From: a virus
Lineage: Duplodnaviria; Caudoviricetes
Length of the DNA stretch: 45,561 nucleotides
IMG/VR virus record: IMGVR_UViG_3300002101_000015
Location: 1 to 45,561 of that record
Reading direction: 5' to 3' (one strand)
A program made the translations under genes and the position numbers. This document shows, one piece after another, positions 8,632-18,374 of the stretch (position 1 is the first letter of the stretch; each line of letters opens with the position of its first letter). A model generated the notes under the pieces. The model did not search any database. It saw only the letters and a program-made list of their open reading frames with translations, and was not told where the DNA came from.

Positions 8632-11316
8632 ATGGCGGATGATAATGATATTGGTGGTAAGGTCGGCCTTGATGTCACAGATTTTAAGACTGGTGTTGCA
8701 GATTTAAATCGTCAAATCAAGGTAATAGATAGTGGTTTTAAAGCAGCAGCTGCAGGTATGGATGATTGGGGCAAAAGTGAAGAAGGCTTAAATACTAAAA
8801 TTACATCTTTAAACCAAATAACTGATCTACAAAAGAAAAAGATTGAAGGACTCACAGAAATATATAAAAAAGTTGCTGCTGAAAAAGGTGAAACAAGTAA
8901 AGCTGCTCAAGATTTACAGGTAAGAATAAATAATGAGACAGCAGCCTTAAATAAAAATCTTAAGGAAATTGATAACAGTACCAAGGCATTAAATAATTTA
9001 GGTCAGGAAAGTAATCAAGTCTCAAAACAAGTAGATGATCTTGCCACTTCTTCTGAAAAAACTGGTAAAAGCTTAAAGGAAATGGGTAGTGATGTGGCTA
9101 AAAGGGCTGCTCTTGGAATAGCTTCTATTGGCGCCTCAGCAGTTGCAGCAATAGGAGGTATATTTTCATTTTCTACTGATACAACTAAGGCATTAAATGA
9201 TATACAATCCAAAGTTGGATACTCTGATGAAGCAATGCAGGGTATGGAAGATACAATGTTGAGTATTTATAATGATAATTTTGGTGAGGGACTTGCTGAC
9301 ATAGGGGCTTCTATGGCAACTATAGGACAACAGACAGGCGAAACCGGAGACAAACTTAAAGAATTAACAGAAGATGCTTTATTATTAAGAGATACCTTTG
9401 ACTTTGAGGTAACAGAGTCAACAAGATCCGCAAAAATGATGATGGACCAATTTGGTTTAAGTGGTAAAGCTGCATATAACCTTATCGCCCAGGGAGCACA
9501 GTGGGGTCTTGATAAAAATGGTGATTTATTAGATACGATTAATGAGTATTCAGGTACTTTTAAAGCTCAAGGCTTTAGTGCTGAGGAAATGTTCAACATG
9601 ATTCAAAATGGATCTGCTAATGGAACCTTCAGCGTAGATAAATTAGGTGATGCAGTAAAAGAATTTGGGATTAGAAGTAAAGATGGGAGTACTACTACAG
9701 CAGATGCCTTTAAACGATTAGGGTTCAATGTAACTGAAACCGAAAAGAAGTTTGCTAAAGGTGGAGAAACAGGAAAACAAGCATTTCAAGAGGTAAATAA
9801 AAAACTTTTAGAAATGAAAGATCCACTTGCACAAAATCAGATAGGTGTAGAGCTTTGGGGTTCAATGTGGGAGGACTTAGGAGTTAAGGGAATAGCAGCA
9901 CTAACAGATACTAAAGGTGAAATAAGTAACTCAGAAGATGCATTAAAGAAGTTAAATGAAGTTAAGTATAATGATATTGGCAGTGCATTAGGAGGACTTA
10001 AAAGAGAATTAATAACAAGTATAGCAGAACCGATTGGAAAGGAGATTACTCCAAAAGTAAATGATATGATTGGAGCTTTGAAAAAGGTTGATGTTACTCC
10101 TATTGTAAATGGACTTGCATGGGTAATAAATAATGCAAATAATATAGCAGCAGGTGCAGTAGCTATAGGTGTGGGAATGGCAACTTGGAATGCAGTAAGT
10201 ATGATAACTGGTGTAGTAGAAGCGATTAAAAAATTCAAGTTGGCAAATGAAGGTGCAACAGTCGCACAATGGGCCTTAAATGCAGCTCAAGCAGCTAATC
10301 CCATAGGTATAATTATTGCAGTAGTAGTAGCCTTAATAGCAGCAATGATCTACCTGTGGAATACAAATGAAGGCTTTAGAAATGCAGTGATAGGAACTTG
10401 GAATGCAATAAAAGCAGCAGGTGTTGCAGTATGGGGTTGGTTAGTTAATTTCTTCACTGTGGATATACCTAATGCTTTCAAAGCGGTAGCAAATTTCTTT
10501 ACTAATTTCCCAACTCTTGTAGGTCAGCTTATTACTAACATTATGAAATTTTTTAATGAACTTCCAGGTAAATTAGGATTTGCGTTAGGATTTGCAATAG
10601 GTTCTATAATTAAATTTGGTGTTGTTCTGGCGAGTTGGGTAGTAGCTACGATACCACGGGTAGTAGGAAATATAATTACATTTTTCATGCAGTTACCAGG
10701 GAAGATAACTACTGTTTTTACAAATGGGTTCAATAGAATAAGTGAGTGGGGTAGGAATATTGCGAGTTGGGCTTCAACTGCAATTCCAAACATAGTAAGT
10801 ACAATAGTTCGTTTTTTCAGCACTTTACCAAGCAAAATGTTAGATATAGGCAGCAATATTGTAAAGGGCTTATGGGAAGGTATAAAGAATATGATTGGAT
10901 GGTTAACGAGTAAGGTAGCTGATTTTGCAGGTGGGATTGTAAAAGGTATAAAAGCAAGCCTTGGCATTCATTCGCCTTCAAGTGTTATGAGAGATCAGGT
11001 AGGAATGATGATAGGTGCAGGTGTGGCAGTAGGTATAACCGACAGCTCTAAACAAGTGAACTCTGCTATGGCTGGATTAAATAAACAAGTCGTTGCAGAA
11101 GGAAACATAAATGTAAGTAGAAATATAAGCACTTCAAATAGCTCAAATAATAGTAGAAATGCAATAGATACTCCTACTCATACAGCTTCGCCTATAGTTG
11201 TAATAGTACCGGTGCAATTGGATGGAAGAGAAATAGCAAGAGTAATAGTAAGCCCAATGTCTGATGAATTAGAATCTCTCAGGCGCAGATCAGATTCATC
11301 TAAAGGGGGAAGTTAA
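8632..11316 (+). CDS. Tape measure protein
   Basis: 894 aa, Ala/Gly-rich helical, periodic W/F repeats, GIHSPS motif. Confidence 0.95.
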   Translation: MADDNDIGGKVGLDVTDFKTGVADLNRQIKVIDSGFKAAAAGMDDWGKSEEGLNTKITSLNQITDLQKKKIEGLTEIYKKVAAEKGETSKAAQDLQVRINNETAALNKNLKEIDNSTKALNNLGQESNQVSKQVDDLATSSEKTGKSLKEMGSDVAKRAALGIASIGASAVAAIGGIFSFSTDTTKALNDIQSKVGYSDEAMQGMEDTMLSIYNDNFGEGLADIGASMATIGQQTGETGDKLKELTEDALLLRDTFDFEVTESTRSAKMMMDQFGLSGKAAYNLIAQGAQWGLDKNGDLLDTINEYSGTFKAQGFSAEEMFNMIQNGSANGTFSVDKLGDAVKEFGIRSKDGSTTTADAFKRLGFNVTETEKKFAKGGETGKQAFQEVNKKLLEMKDPLAQNQIGVELWGSMWEDLGVKGIAALTDTKGEISNSEDALKKLNEVKYNDIGSALGGLKRELITSIAEPIGKEITPKVNDMIGALKKVDVTPIVNGLAWVINNANNIAAGAVAIGVGMATWNAVSMITGVVEAIKKFKLANEGATVAQWALNAAQAANPIGIIIAVVVALIAAMIYLWNTNEGFRNAVIGTWNAIKAAGVAVWGWLVNFFTVDIPNAFKAVANFFTNFPTLVGQLITNIMKFFNELPGKLGFALGFAIGSIIKFGVVLASWVVATIPRVVGNIITFFMQLPGKITTVFTNGFNRISEWGRNIASWASTAIPNIVSTIVRFFSTLPSKMLDIGSNIVKGLWEGIKNMIGWLTSKVADFAGGIVKGIKASLGIHSPSSVMRDQVGMMIGAGVAVGITDSSKQVNSAMAGLNKQVVAEGNINVSRNISTSNSSNNSRNAIDTPTHTASPIVVIVPVQLDGREIARVIVSPMSDELESLRRRSDSSKGGS

Positions 11317-11318
11317 AA

Positions 11319-12002
11319 ATGTGGCCCTATTTTATATGGAAAAACGAGAATAGTCGTGATAAGTATGTGATGGTGAACAAACTTCCAGAAATTGAAAGAC
11401 CTGAAGCTAATATAGAAAAAGTTGTTGTTCCCGGACGTGATGGATTTCTAACGCAGGATGATGGTACTTATCAAAGTACTGTAAAAGCTTGCGAATGTGA
11501 ACTTACCAGAGGTGGTAATATTGACGAAATATCTGCTTGGTTAGTGGGAACGGATGAAATCACTTTTAGTAATGAACCTGATAAAAAATATAAAGCTACG
11601 ATAATTAATAAGATACCATTTTCAAAGATAGTTACTCAGGTCCATAGCTTTATAGTCATATTTGATTGCCAACCTCGAAAATATAGCATAGATAACTCAA
11701 TTATTACTTTAAATGCGCCAGGAATGATTTATAATCCAGGTAGTACTAACGCCAAGCCAATACTAAAACTTTATGGTACAGGCTCTATTGATTTAGTTGT
11801 AAACTCTAATATAGTACATCTTACTAATGTTAGCAGTTATGTAATGATCGATTCTGAATTAGTAGATTCTTACAAGGATACTGTATTAAAAAATAATGAT
11901 ATGAGTGGAGAATTTCCAGAACTTATACCAGGATCTAATGCTATAAGCTGGACAGGTACAGTAACAAAAATCGAGATAACACCTAATTGGATGTGGATTT
12001 AA
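11319..12002 (+). CDS. Distal tail protein (Dit)
   Basis: VPGRDG and FPELIPGSN motifs; follows tape measure gene. Confidence 0.88.
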   Translation: MWPYFIWKNENSRDKYVMVNKLPEIERPEANIEKVVVPGRDGFLTQDDGTYQSTVKACECELTRGGNIDEISAWLVGTDEITFSNEPDKKYKATIINKIPFSKIVTQVHSFIVIFDCQPRKYSIDNSIITLNAPGMIYNPGSTNAKPILKLYGTGSIDLVVNSNIVHLTNVSSYVMIDSELVDSYKDTVLKNNDMSGEFPELIPGSNAISWTGTVTKIEITPNWMWI

Positions 12003-13855
12003 TGATATGCCTTTATGATAAAAATACAACAAATTTTAATAATAATGGACTTGTAGTTTTGAATGATTGCAAGTTTTTTTATACTACTGAAAAGTTAAAT
12101 GGCTTATTTGAAGTAGACCTTGAATATCCTTTGGATAGTAGAGGCAAATGGCAATATATTGTAAGAGATAATATTGTTAAAAATAGTGATGGCCAACTTT
12201 TTAGAATTTATAATGTAGAACCCTCTCTTGATGGTATAAAAGCAAATGCAAGGCATATTTTTTATGACTTATTAGATAATTTTTTAGAGGATGTAAGACC
12301 AGAAAATACCACAGGAGCTGCAGCTTTAAATTATATTCTAACTCATACTCAATATGCCCATCCTTTTATTTCAGCAAGTGATGTAGGAGGTAGTAGTACA
12401 AAATACTTTGTAGAGAAAAACCCTATTGAAGCAATCATGGGGCAAGATGGAATAATTGCTAATTGGGGAGGTGAACTTGTAAGAGATAACTTTACAATTA
12501 AGCTCCTACAGCAAAGAGGCGTAGACAGAGGCGTTTTAATTTCTTATGGTAAAAACATACAAGGCTTAAGTGGAACCAATAATGAAGATAATGTAATAAC
12601 TCGAATTTATCCTAAAGGTAAAGACGGGTTAACCTTAACTGAAAAATACGTAGATAGTCAATATATAAACAATTACCCACACCCTAAGATAAAAGTAATA
12701 GAATTCTCTGACCTTGAAAATGAAGCGGATTTAAGAACGACCACACAAAATTATTTTTTAACTTCAAAATGTGATATTCCTCTTTCAAATTACACTATAG
12801 GGTTTTTAGAACTATCTAAAACTGAAGAATATAAGAAGTATGCAATTCTTGAAACAGTCTATTTAGGTGATACCGTTACCGTTAAACACTCACGATTAAA
12901 AATAGATTTAAAATGTAAGGTTATATTAATTAAAAAAAATGATCTATCAGGAAGAATTGAGAATGTTGAGTTGGGAAACTTTAAACCTAATCTTGCAAGC
13001 TCTTTTTCAAATTTAACTAACTTAATAAAGAACGTTAGTATAGCGGTGGCGCAAAGCACATCAGACTGGCAAAACGCTGTAGATAATGCCACTAATTTAA
13101 TAACAACAGCACTTGGTGGTAATGTTATTAAAGAGCAGGGGCAAATATTGATTATGGATACCGAAGACAAAAATACTGCTACTAAAGTATGGAGATGGAA
13201 TCTTAATGGCTTAGGGTATTCAGGAACAGGTATAAATGGACCATATGCACTCGCTATGACAATGGATGGGCACATAGTAGCAAGTTTTATAACTGGATTA
13301 GTAATAAGTGGTGAGCAAATTAATGGTGGAACCATTACAGGTGTAGTTATTCAAACAGCTAATTCTGGGAACAGATTAGCACTAAAGGATAATGTATTAA
13401 CTGCCTATAATTCGAGTAATATACGTACGGCTCAAATTGCAGGAGATAAGTTTAACTTCTTTGATAATTCAAGTGGCGCTGCTGCAGGATACATCCAAGG
13501 GATGAATGGAACCTTAAAAATATTGGCAGATACAATGGTCTCCCTTGGCATGATCAATGATATTAACAGTGGTTTTTCTGTAAATGGTGACTATCATATT
13601 GGAAGTGGTGAACTGATGCCTGCGCAAAATACATCTTGGGCGCCGCTTGCAAGCAATAGATTTAGGGGCAACGATAATGCTGAACAATTTAATTTAGGGA
13701 GTGGTAATTGCAGAGTTGATACAAGTGGTGGTGTATTGAGACTTCAAGCAGACGCAAGTAACTATGTTTCAGTTCAGCCCTCAGGTGAAATAGATTTTTA
13801 TACTGGTGGAGTAAGAAGAGGATATGTAAATAGTACTGGTTGGCACAATGGATAG
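12002..13855 (+). CDS. Tail tip / prophage endopeptidase-family (Tal-like) protein
   Basis: ITRIYPKGKDG, LGDTV and WRWNLNGLG motifs; ATG at 12002 overlaps the Dit stop (track start 11987). Confidence 0.85.
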   Translation: MICLYDKNTTNFNNNGLVVLNDCKFFYTTEKLNGLFEVDLEYPLDSRGKWQYIVRDNIVKNSDGQLFRIYNVEPSLDGIKANARHIFYDLLDNFLEDVRPENTTGAAALNYILTHTQYAHPFISASDVGGSSTKYFVEKNPIEAIMGQDGIIANWGGELVRDNFTIKLLQQRGVDRGVLISYGKNIQGLSGTNNEDNVITRIYPKGKDGLTLTEKYVDSQYINNYPHPKIKVIEFSDLENEADLRTTTQNYFLTSKCDIPLSNYTIGFLELSKTEEYKKYAILETVYLGDTVTVKHSRLKIDLKCKVILIKKNDLSGRIENVELGNFKPNLASSFSNLTNLIKNVSIAVAQSTSDWQNAVDNATNLITTALGGNVIKEQGQILIMDTEDKNTATKVWRWNLNGLGYSGTGINGPYALAMTMDGHIVASFITGLVISGEQINGGTITGVVIQTANSGNRLALKDNVLTAYNSSNIRTAQIAGDKFNFFDNSSGAAAGYIQGMNGTLKILADTMVSLGMINDINSGFSVNGDYHIGSGELMPAQNTSWAPLASNRFRGNDNAEQFNLGSGNCRVDTSGGVLRLQADASNYVSVQPSGEIDFYTGGVRRGYVNSTGWHNG

Positions 13856-13864
13856 GAGGTAGCT

Positions 13865-14170
13865 ATGGCTCTTAATAAATCAATAACATTAAACAATGGT
13901 GTTGCAGTAGAGTACTGGAAAATAACACAAATTAATGTAGATTATGAAACTAAAATTGTATATATAGTTTTACAAGGTTATTTAAATCAAGAAATAAGAA
14001 TGCAAGAAAACAGTGAACCAATACAGAAAAAGTTTTATTCTGTAATTGACAAAACTATAATTGAAAAGTATTTTGACGATAGTTTAGCAGATTGTTTACA
14101 CTCAAGAGCTGCGGGATATAAGTATATAAAAGAAAATGATACTGAATTTGTAGATGCTGTGAATTGTTGA
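13865..14170 (+). CDS. Small tail-associated protein
   Basis: GGAGG RBS; synteny. Confidence 0.6.
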   Translation: MALNKSITLNNGVAVEYWKITQINVDYETKIVYIVLQGYLNQEIRMQENSEPIQKKFYSVIDKTIIEKYFDDSLADCLHSRAAGYKYIKENDTEFVDAVNC

Positions 14171-14185
14171 ATATAATTAGGAGGT

Positions 14186-16783
14186 GTGCCCATGGAAAAT
14201 AGATATCCATTTATAATAGATCTAAAAAATAGAACATCAAGTAGCATAAGATATAAACAAGGAGATACAGACAGTTCTATTTTAGAAATTAATTTAGTAG
14301 ATGGCGGATTAGTTAAAGATATTACAGGTGAAACTATAGTCTTTAATTTTGCTAAACCAGATGGAACAACAGTGAATCAAGACATGAGTCTTACTGGTGG
14401 GGTAACTGTTCTTGATGCTTTAAAAGGTAAGTTTCAATGTAAACTTAAAAATCAGACCTTAGCGGCTCCAGGAGTAGTTATTTGTGAAATAGTATTTAGT
14501 AATGCTGGCATAATATCATCTACGTCAAAGTTTAATTTTACGGTGGAGAGTAGCATTGGGGGTGGACCATTAAGCAAAAATTACATTACTCAAATAGAAA
14601 CTACAATAGCAGGATGGCAGAATGAAATAGATATAATTAAAGCAGCGTATGATAGTGCAAGTAAAGCAAATCTGTCTATAGAAGTAACTAATGCAAGGAA
14701 CGGATTTGCAAATTTAGATGCAAGATTAGATAACTCTGATTCGCAATTGGCTAATATTACGACACAAAAGGCAGATAAAGCTTATACGGATAGTCAGGAT
14801 TTACTAAATGCTAATAAAATAGCAATTAATCAATCACGTATTGATAATTTAGTAGCTACAGCTTCTAACTCTTTTTATCAAAAATGTTTAAGTACGGATA
14901 CAGGAGCATTATTAGTAGTTGCAAGTGGGGCAACAACAGGACAAATAAACCTCGCAAGTGTAACACCATTAGCAATAGGATATACAGCTATAAATGGTGA
15001 TTATGTAAGATTAGTCTATGGTGTTTCAAGTGGTACTGTAGAACTAACAGATATGAGAATAGATAACTCGGGAAACCTACATGTTACTGCCAACGATAGA
15101 ATAAGCGGAATTGAACAAGATTTAAACACAGGGTATCATATCACAAAACCTAAATGGGCGATAGGTTATATTGGTGGTGCAGATGGGGTATATGTAGCTT
15201 TAACTTCAAACTCCAATATAGCTACGCCTAATATCTTGAGTGTAAAAAAGGGAACACAAATAAAAAACAATCATACAGGTAGTTTAATTATTTATAAATT
15301 CGATATTACCACAGGTGCTTTTATAAGTTCTCTAATCTCCGTATCTGGGGGTGCGTCCTATACTTTCTTAGCTGATACTAATATAAAAATCAATTTAAGC
15401 TATGGTGTTTCTACTACAGATTTTACTTTAGGAAACTCTCTTGTTGTAATAACAGAAGTTAGTAAATATGCAAAACTTAATCAAGTAGACACAAACTTAA
15501 ATACTTTAAATGTTTTAAATAAAAATGTTCTTGATATACAAGGTGCAATTAGTGAAGTACCAAATTATATTGTTAATGCTATTTGGGAATTCGGATATGT
15601 TGATGGTGGAGATGGTTCACTAAAAACTAATTCGTTCACAGCAAGACTTCTTAATATACTATTTATGCCAATAGGTTCAACTTTAGAAGTCACTAATAGT
15701 AACGTAACAATAGCAGTCTCGAAATATATAAATGGGTTATGGAACTCAACAAATATTTTCATAACATTAGCGAGTGGTAAATATACGTTTCTATCGGATA
15801 TGTATATTAAAATCAACTATGGATACGCAGGAAACCCTGCTATCACAGATTTAACACTGCCAAATAGTTATGTAATTATTAAAAAAGGTACTATTAAGGC
15901 ATATATAGACAAAGTAACATCAAATTTAACAGTTGATAGTTATTGGAAGGGCAAAAAAATTTTATGGGTTGGAACATCAATACCTACAAGTGGCTATCCA
16001 GAAATTGTTGGAACGGAATTAGGCGCAACAGTTTATAATGAAGCAGTAGGCAGTAGTGGTGTTAGAGCAGGACATTATAATTTTGTGACAGGCACAGACA
16101 CCATGGGATATTCTGGATTATATTATGAAAGTTTAATGAGGTCTTTGTCTTTATCCTCTACGGAAAAGCAAGCAATTTTTGACAATTGGAGTACATGGCA
16201 ACCCTTAATACCTACTGCCCCTTTAACGATTTCCGATACAGATAAAGCATTTTATAAGACCTGTTCATGGGACATTAAACTTGCCAAATACCTTACAGGT
16301 GGGAGCATAGGTAAGGTTGACTTATATGTATTTGACCATGGACACAATGATGCAGGCTTAGGATATAATTATGATACATTGAATACCATGCCACCAACAG
16401 ATACTAAAGATAGACGATATTTTATAGGTGCTATGAATTTTCTTATAGATAAAATCTTAACTGACAATCCAAGAGCGAGAATATGCTTTATTGGACACTA
16501 TGAGAATGACAGAAAAACAGGAATTTCAGTTGCACAAAGTGTACTTGCAGAATATTGGGATTACCCCTTAATTAAGTCTTGGGAAAAGTTAGGGTGGACA
16601 CAAAAAACAATTACTACTACAGGCTATTGGCAAGATTCTGCAACATGGATTCCAAGTGGAGGTACAAGTCACCAAATGACAATGACACAAGTATGGCTTG
16701 CAGACGATTTACACCCATTCAATGTAGGGGCAAAACAAATGTTAGCTGATTTATATACTAATTTTATCAATAATGTTAGGTAG
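14186..16783 (+). CDS. Receptor-binding / tail fibre protein: BppU-like N-terminus, C-terminal SGNH esterase
   Basis: N-terminal KQGDTDS..KPDG; C-terminal SGNH blocks WVGTSI, DHGHND, DDLHP. Confidence 0.82.
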   Translation: MPMENRYPFIIDLKNRTSSSIRYKQGDTDSSILEINLVDGGLVKDITGETIVFNFAKPDGTTVNQDMSLTGGVTVLDALKGKFQCKLKNQTLAAPGVVICEIVFSNAGIISSTSKFNFTVESSIGGGPLSKNYITQIETTIAGWQNEIDIIKAAYDSASKANLSIEVTNARNGFANLDARLDNSDSQLANITTQKADKAYTDSQDLLNANKIAINQSRIDNLVATASNSFYQKCLSTDTGALLVVASGATTGQINLASVTPLAIGYTAINGDYVRLVYGVSSGTVELTDMRIDNSGNLHVTANDRISGIEQDLNTGYHITKPKWAIGYIGGADGVYVALTSNSNIATPNILSVKKGTQIKNNHTGSLIIYKFDITTGAFISSLISVSGGASYTFLADTNIKINLSYGVSTTDFTLGNSLVVITEVSKYAKLNQVDTNLNTLNVLNKNVLDIQGAISEVPNYIVNAIWEFGYVDGGDGSLKTNSFTARLLNILFMPIGSTLEVTNSNVTIAVSKYINGLWNSTNIFITLASGKYTFLSDMYIKINYGYAGNPAITDLTLPNSYVIIKKGTIKAYIDKVTSNLTVDSYWKGKKILWVGTSIPTSGYPEIVGTELGATVYNEAVGSSGVRAGHYNFVTGTDTMGYSGLYYESLMRSLSLSSTEKQAIFDNWSTWQPLIPTAPLTISDTDKAFYKTCSWDIKLAKYLTGGSIGKVDLYVFDHGHNDAGLGYNYDTLNTMPPTDTKDRRYFIGAMNFLIDKILTDNPRARICFIGHYENDRKTGISVAQSVLAEYWDYPLIKSWEKLGWTQKTITTTGYWQDSATWIPSGGTSHQMTMTQVWLADDLHPFNVGAKQMLADLYTNFINNVR
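14741..14762. repeat. Quasi-palindromic site A (TCGCAAT-TGGCTAAT-ATTACGA)
   Basis: In-frame within the RBP gene (SQLANIT); same CG-N16-CG geometry as sites B, C and E. Confidence 0.65.
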
Positions 16784-16788
16784 TTATG

Positions 16789-16810
16789 TCGCAATAGGAT
16801 ACTAATACGC
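16789..16810. repeat. Quasi-palindromic site B (TCGCAAT-AGGATACT-AATACGC)
   Basis: 5 bp after the RBP stop codon. Confidence 0.62.
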
Positions 16811-16835
16811 ATTAATATCTATTAGTGTGTATTAA

Positions 16836-16864
16836 TTGACATTAGTAATTCAAAGTGTTAAATT
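16836..16864 (+). promoter_or_regulatory. SigA-type promoter
   Basis: TTGACA-17 bp-TAAATT with TG extension. Confidence 0.65.
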
Positions 16865-16897
16865 AGTTGTATAATCATTTGTAAGAGGTGGTTATAT

Positions 16898-17064
16898 ATG
16901 GCAGTCAGAAGACAAAATATTACGGTTGATCCAGAAGTCTTTGAAGAGTTTTGCAAATATGCGGGTCCCAAAGGTATAAAAATTTCTACCTGGATTCTGC
17001 AAAAATGCGTAAATTTGTGGAAGATGAAAAGATGCTTGAAGAAATAAAGAAAAATAAAAGGTGA
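16898..17064 (+). pseudogene. Ribbon-helix-helix-like small regulator, apparently frameshifted
   Basis: MAVRRQNITVDPEVFEEFCKYAGPKGIKISTWI...; GAGGTG RBS; read frame stops at 17047, and adding one base near 16996 gives ..SAKMRKFVEDEKMLEEIKKNKR to TGA 17064. Confidence 0.6.
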
Positions 17065-17088
17065 GGCACTCGCAAGGGTGTCTTTTTT
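17065..17088 (+). terminator. Intrinsic terminator
   Basis: GGCACTC-gcaa-GGGTGTC-TTTTTT. Confidence 0.8.
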
Positions 17089-17108
17089 AATGCAAAAGAG
17101 GTGAGTAC

Positions 17109-17132
17109 ATGTTCTGGTGGTGGTGGTTTTAG
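17109..17132 (+). CDS. Putative micropeptide MFWWWWF
   Basis: GAGGTG RBS 5 nt before ATG; four consecutive TGG codons. Confidence 0.35.
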   Translation: MFWWWWF

Positions 17133-17167
17133 TACTTCTTTTTAAGTGAAAATAAGTAATATAGGGG

Positions 17168-17572
17168 ATGTGGATATTGGAGGAAAGCGTTGAAGGTGTT
17201 AGATTAGGACACTTGGAGGCTAATGTGGCTAAATTACAGATAAATGATGAGAAAAAGACTGATAGTATCGTAGCTATTGAAAAAAGCAATATTAAAATGG
17301 ATGGGAACATAGAAAAGATACTTGAAAAATTAACAAGTTTAGAAACAACAACAAAATCAACAGAAAAGTTAGCAACAAACTTGAAAGTAGTTACGGATCA
17401 ACAGACTAATGACTTAACCGAAGTTAAAAGTAAGGTAACTACAATAGAAGAATTGCCTGCTAAAAATGCTAAATTGACGGGAGCACTTATTAAGGGTGCA
17501 ATTATAACTAATGGTGTTGTATTTGGATTTTGGCTTATGAAAACTTTATTTTCTTTGTTAACAAATAAATAG
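17168..17572 (+). CDS. Coiled-coil protein with C-terminal TM helix (XhlA/holin-like lysis accessory)
   Basis: Directly upstream of endolysin; hydrophobic C-terminus. Confidence 0.65.
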   Translation: MWILEESVEGVRLGHLEANVAKLQINDEKKTDSIVAIEKSNIKMDGNIEKILEKLTSLETTTKSTEKLATNLKVVTDQQTNDLTEVKSKVTTIEELPAKNAKLTGALIKGAIITNGVVFGFWLMKTLFSLLTNK

Positions 17573-17584
17573 GAGGAATATTAA

Positions 17585-18307
17585 ATGAACTATCCAATAA
17601 CTCAGAAGTATATTAAATATAATCGTTCCTATGCCAAGTTAGCACCTTCGGGCATGGTATTACATGATACTGATACAAAAGGCGCTACAGACCAAAATGA
17701 ACAAGATTATTTCAATAAAGGTATTAGACTTGCAGCTGCACATGCCTTTATAGATTGGGATAGCATAACGGAAACTGTCCCCCTCGACGAGCAAGCTTGG
17801 CATGCGGGAGGTACGGCAAATCATTCAATGTTGGGAGTTGAATTATGCGTTCCAGCTGCACATAATCCTGTGCAATTTCAAGAGGTTTGGAATAGAGCAG
17901 TATGGTATTTTGCACATTGCTTTATTAATACTATAAGAGTTAATACAATAACTAAGGACAATCTTATGAGTCACGCTGAAGTATCTGCAAAATGGCATGA
18001 AACAGATCATCAGGACCCCATAGTTTATTTTGCTGAATATGGTAAAACAGTTAATCAATTTAGATCAGAAGTCCAAAAGGAAATAAATAATTTAGTGGAG
18101 GATTTAGAGATGAAAAAAATAGTAACTTACTTAGGTGATTCGGATTTATTTGCAGCAGTGTTGGTCTCACAAAAAAATTCCTGTCCTTTAATGAAGAAAG
18201 CTGACTTTGATGCAAGTGGTTTAAAAGCTGACCAAGTGATTGCTGTTGGTGGTAAACCTAATAGTACAAGATTTAGCACCTTTAAAGATGCTGCAGCATT
18301 AGTTTAG
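17585..18307 (+). CDS. Endolysin, N-acetylmuramoyl-L-alanine amidase (Amidase_2) with C-terminal wall-binding domain
   Basis: VLHDT, AWHAG, GVELC and SHAE..HQDP motifs. Confidence 0.92.
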   Translation: MNYPITQKYIKYNRSYAKLAPSGMVLHDTDTKGATDQNEQDYFNKGIRLAAAHAFIDWDSITETVPLDEQAWHAGGTANHSMLGVELCVPAAHNPVQFQEVWNRAVWYFAHCFINTIRVNTITKDNLMSHAEVSAKWHETDHQDPIVYFAEYGKTVNQFRSEVQKEINNLVEDLEMKKIVTYLGDSDLFAAVLVSQKNSCPLMKKADFDASGLKADQVIAVGGKPNSTRFSTFKDAAALV

Positions 18308-18311
18308 TTTT

Positions 18312-18348
18312 AAAGATGATGTAAATATTCTGCATCATCTTTTATTTT
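18312..18348 (+). terminator. Hairpin / terminator between endolysin and holin
   Basis: AAAGATGATGTA/TGCATCATCTTT stem plus T tract. Confidence 0.6.
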
Positions 18349-18374
18349 ATCCAAATTTTAAGGAGATGTATTAA

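Noticed and set aside
58-15816. Minus-strand ORFs in the structural region (58-357, 7418-7879, 9837-10238, 10524-10967, 12859-13335 and others)
   Set aside because: Shadow ORFs opposite well-supported genes, with no RBS or motifs
16858-17310. 150-aa minus-strand ORF
   Set aside because: Overlaps plus-strand promoter, RHH ORF, terminator and lysis gene; low-complexity translation
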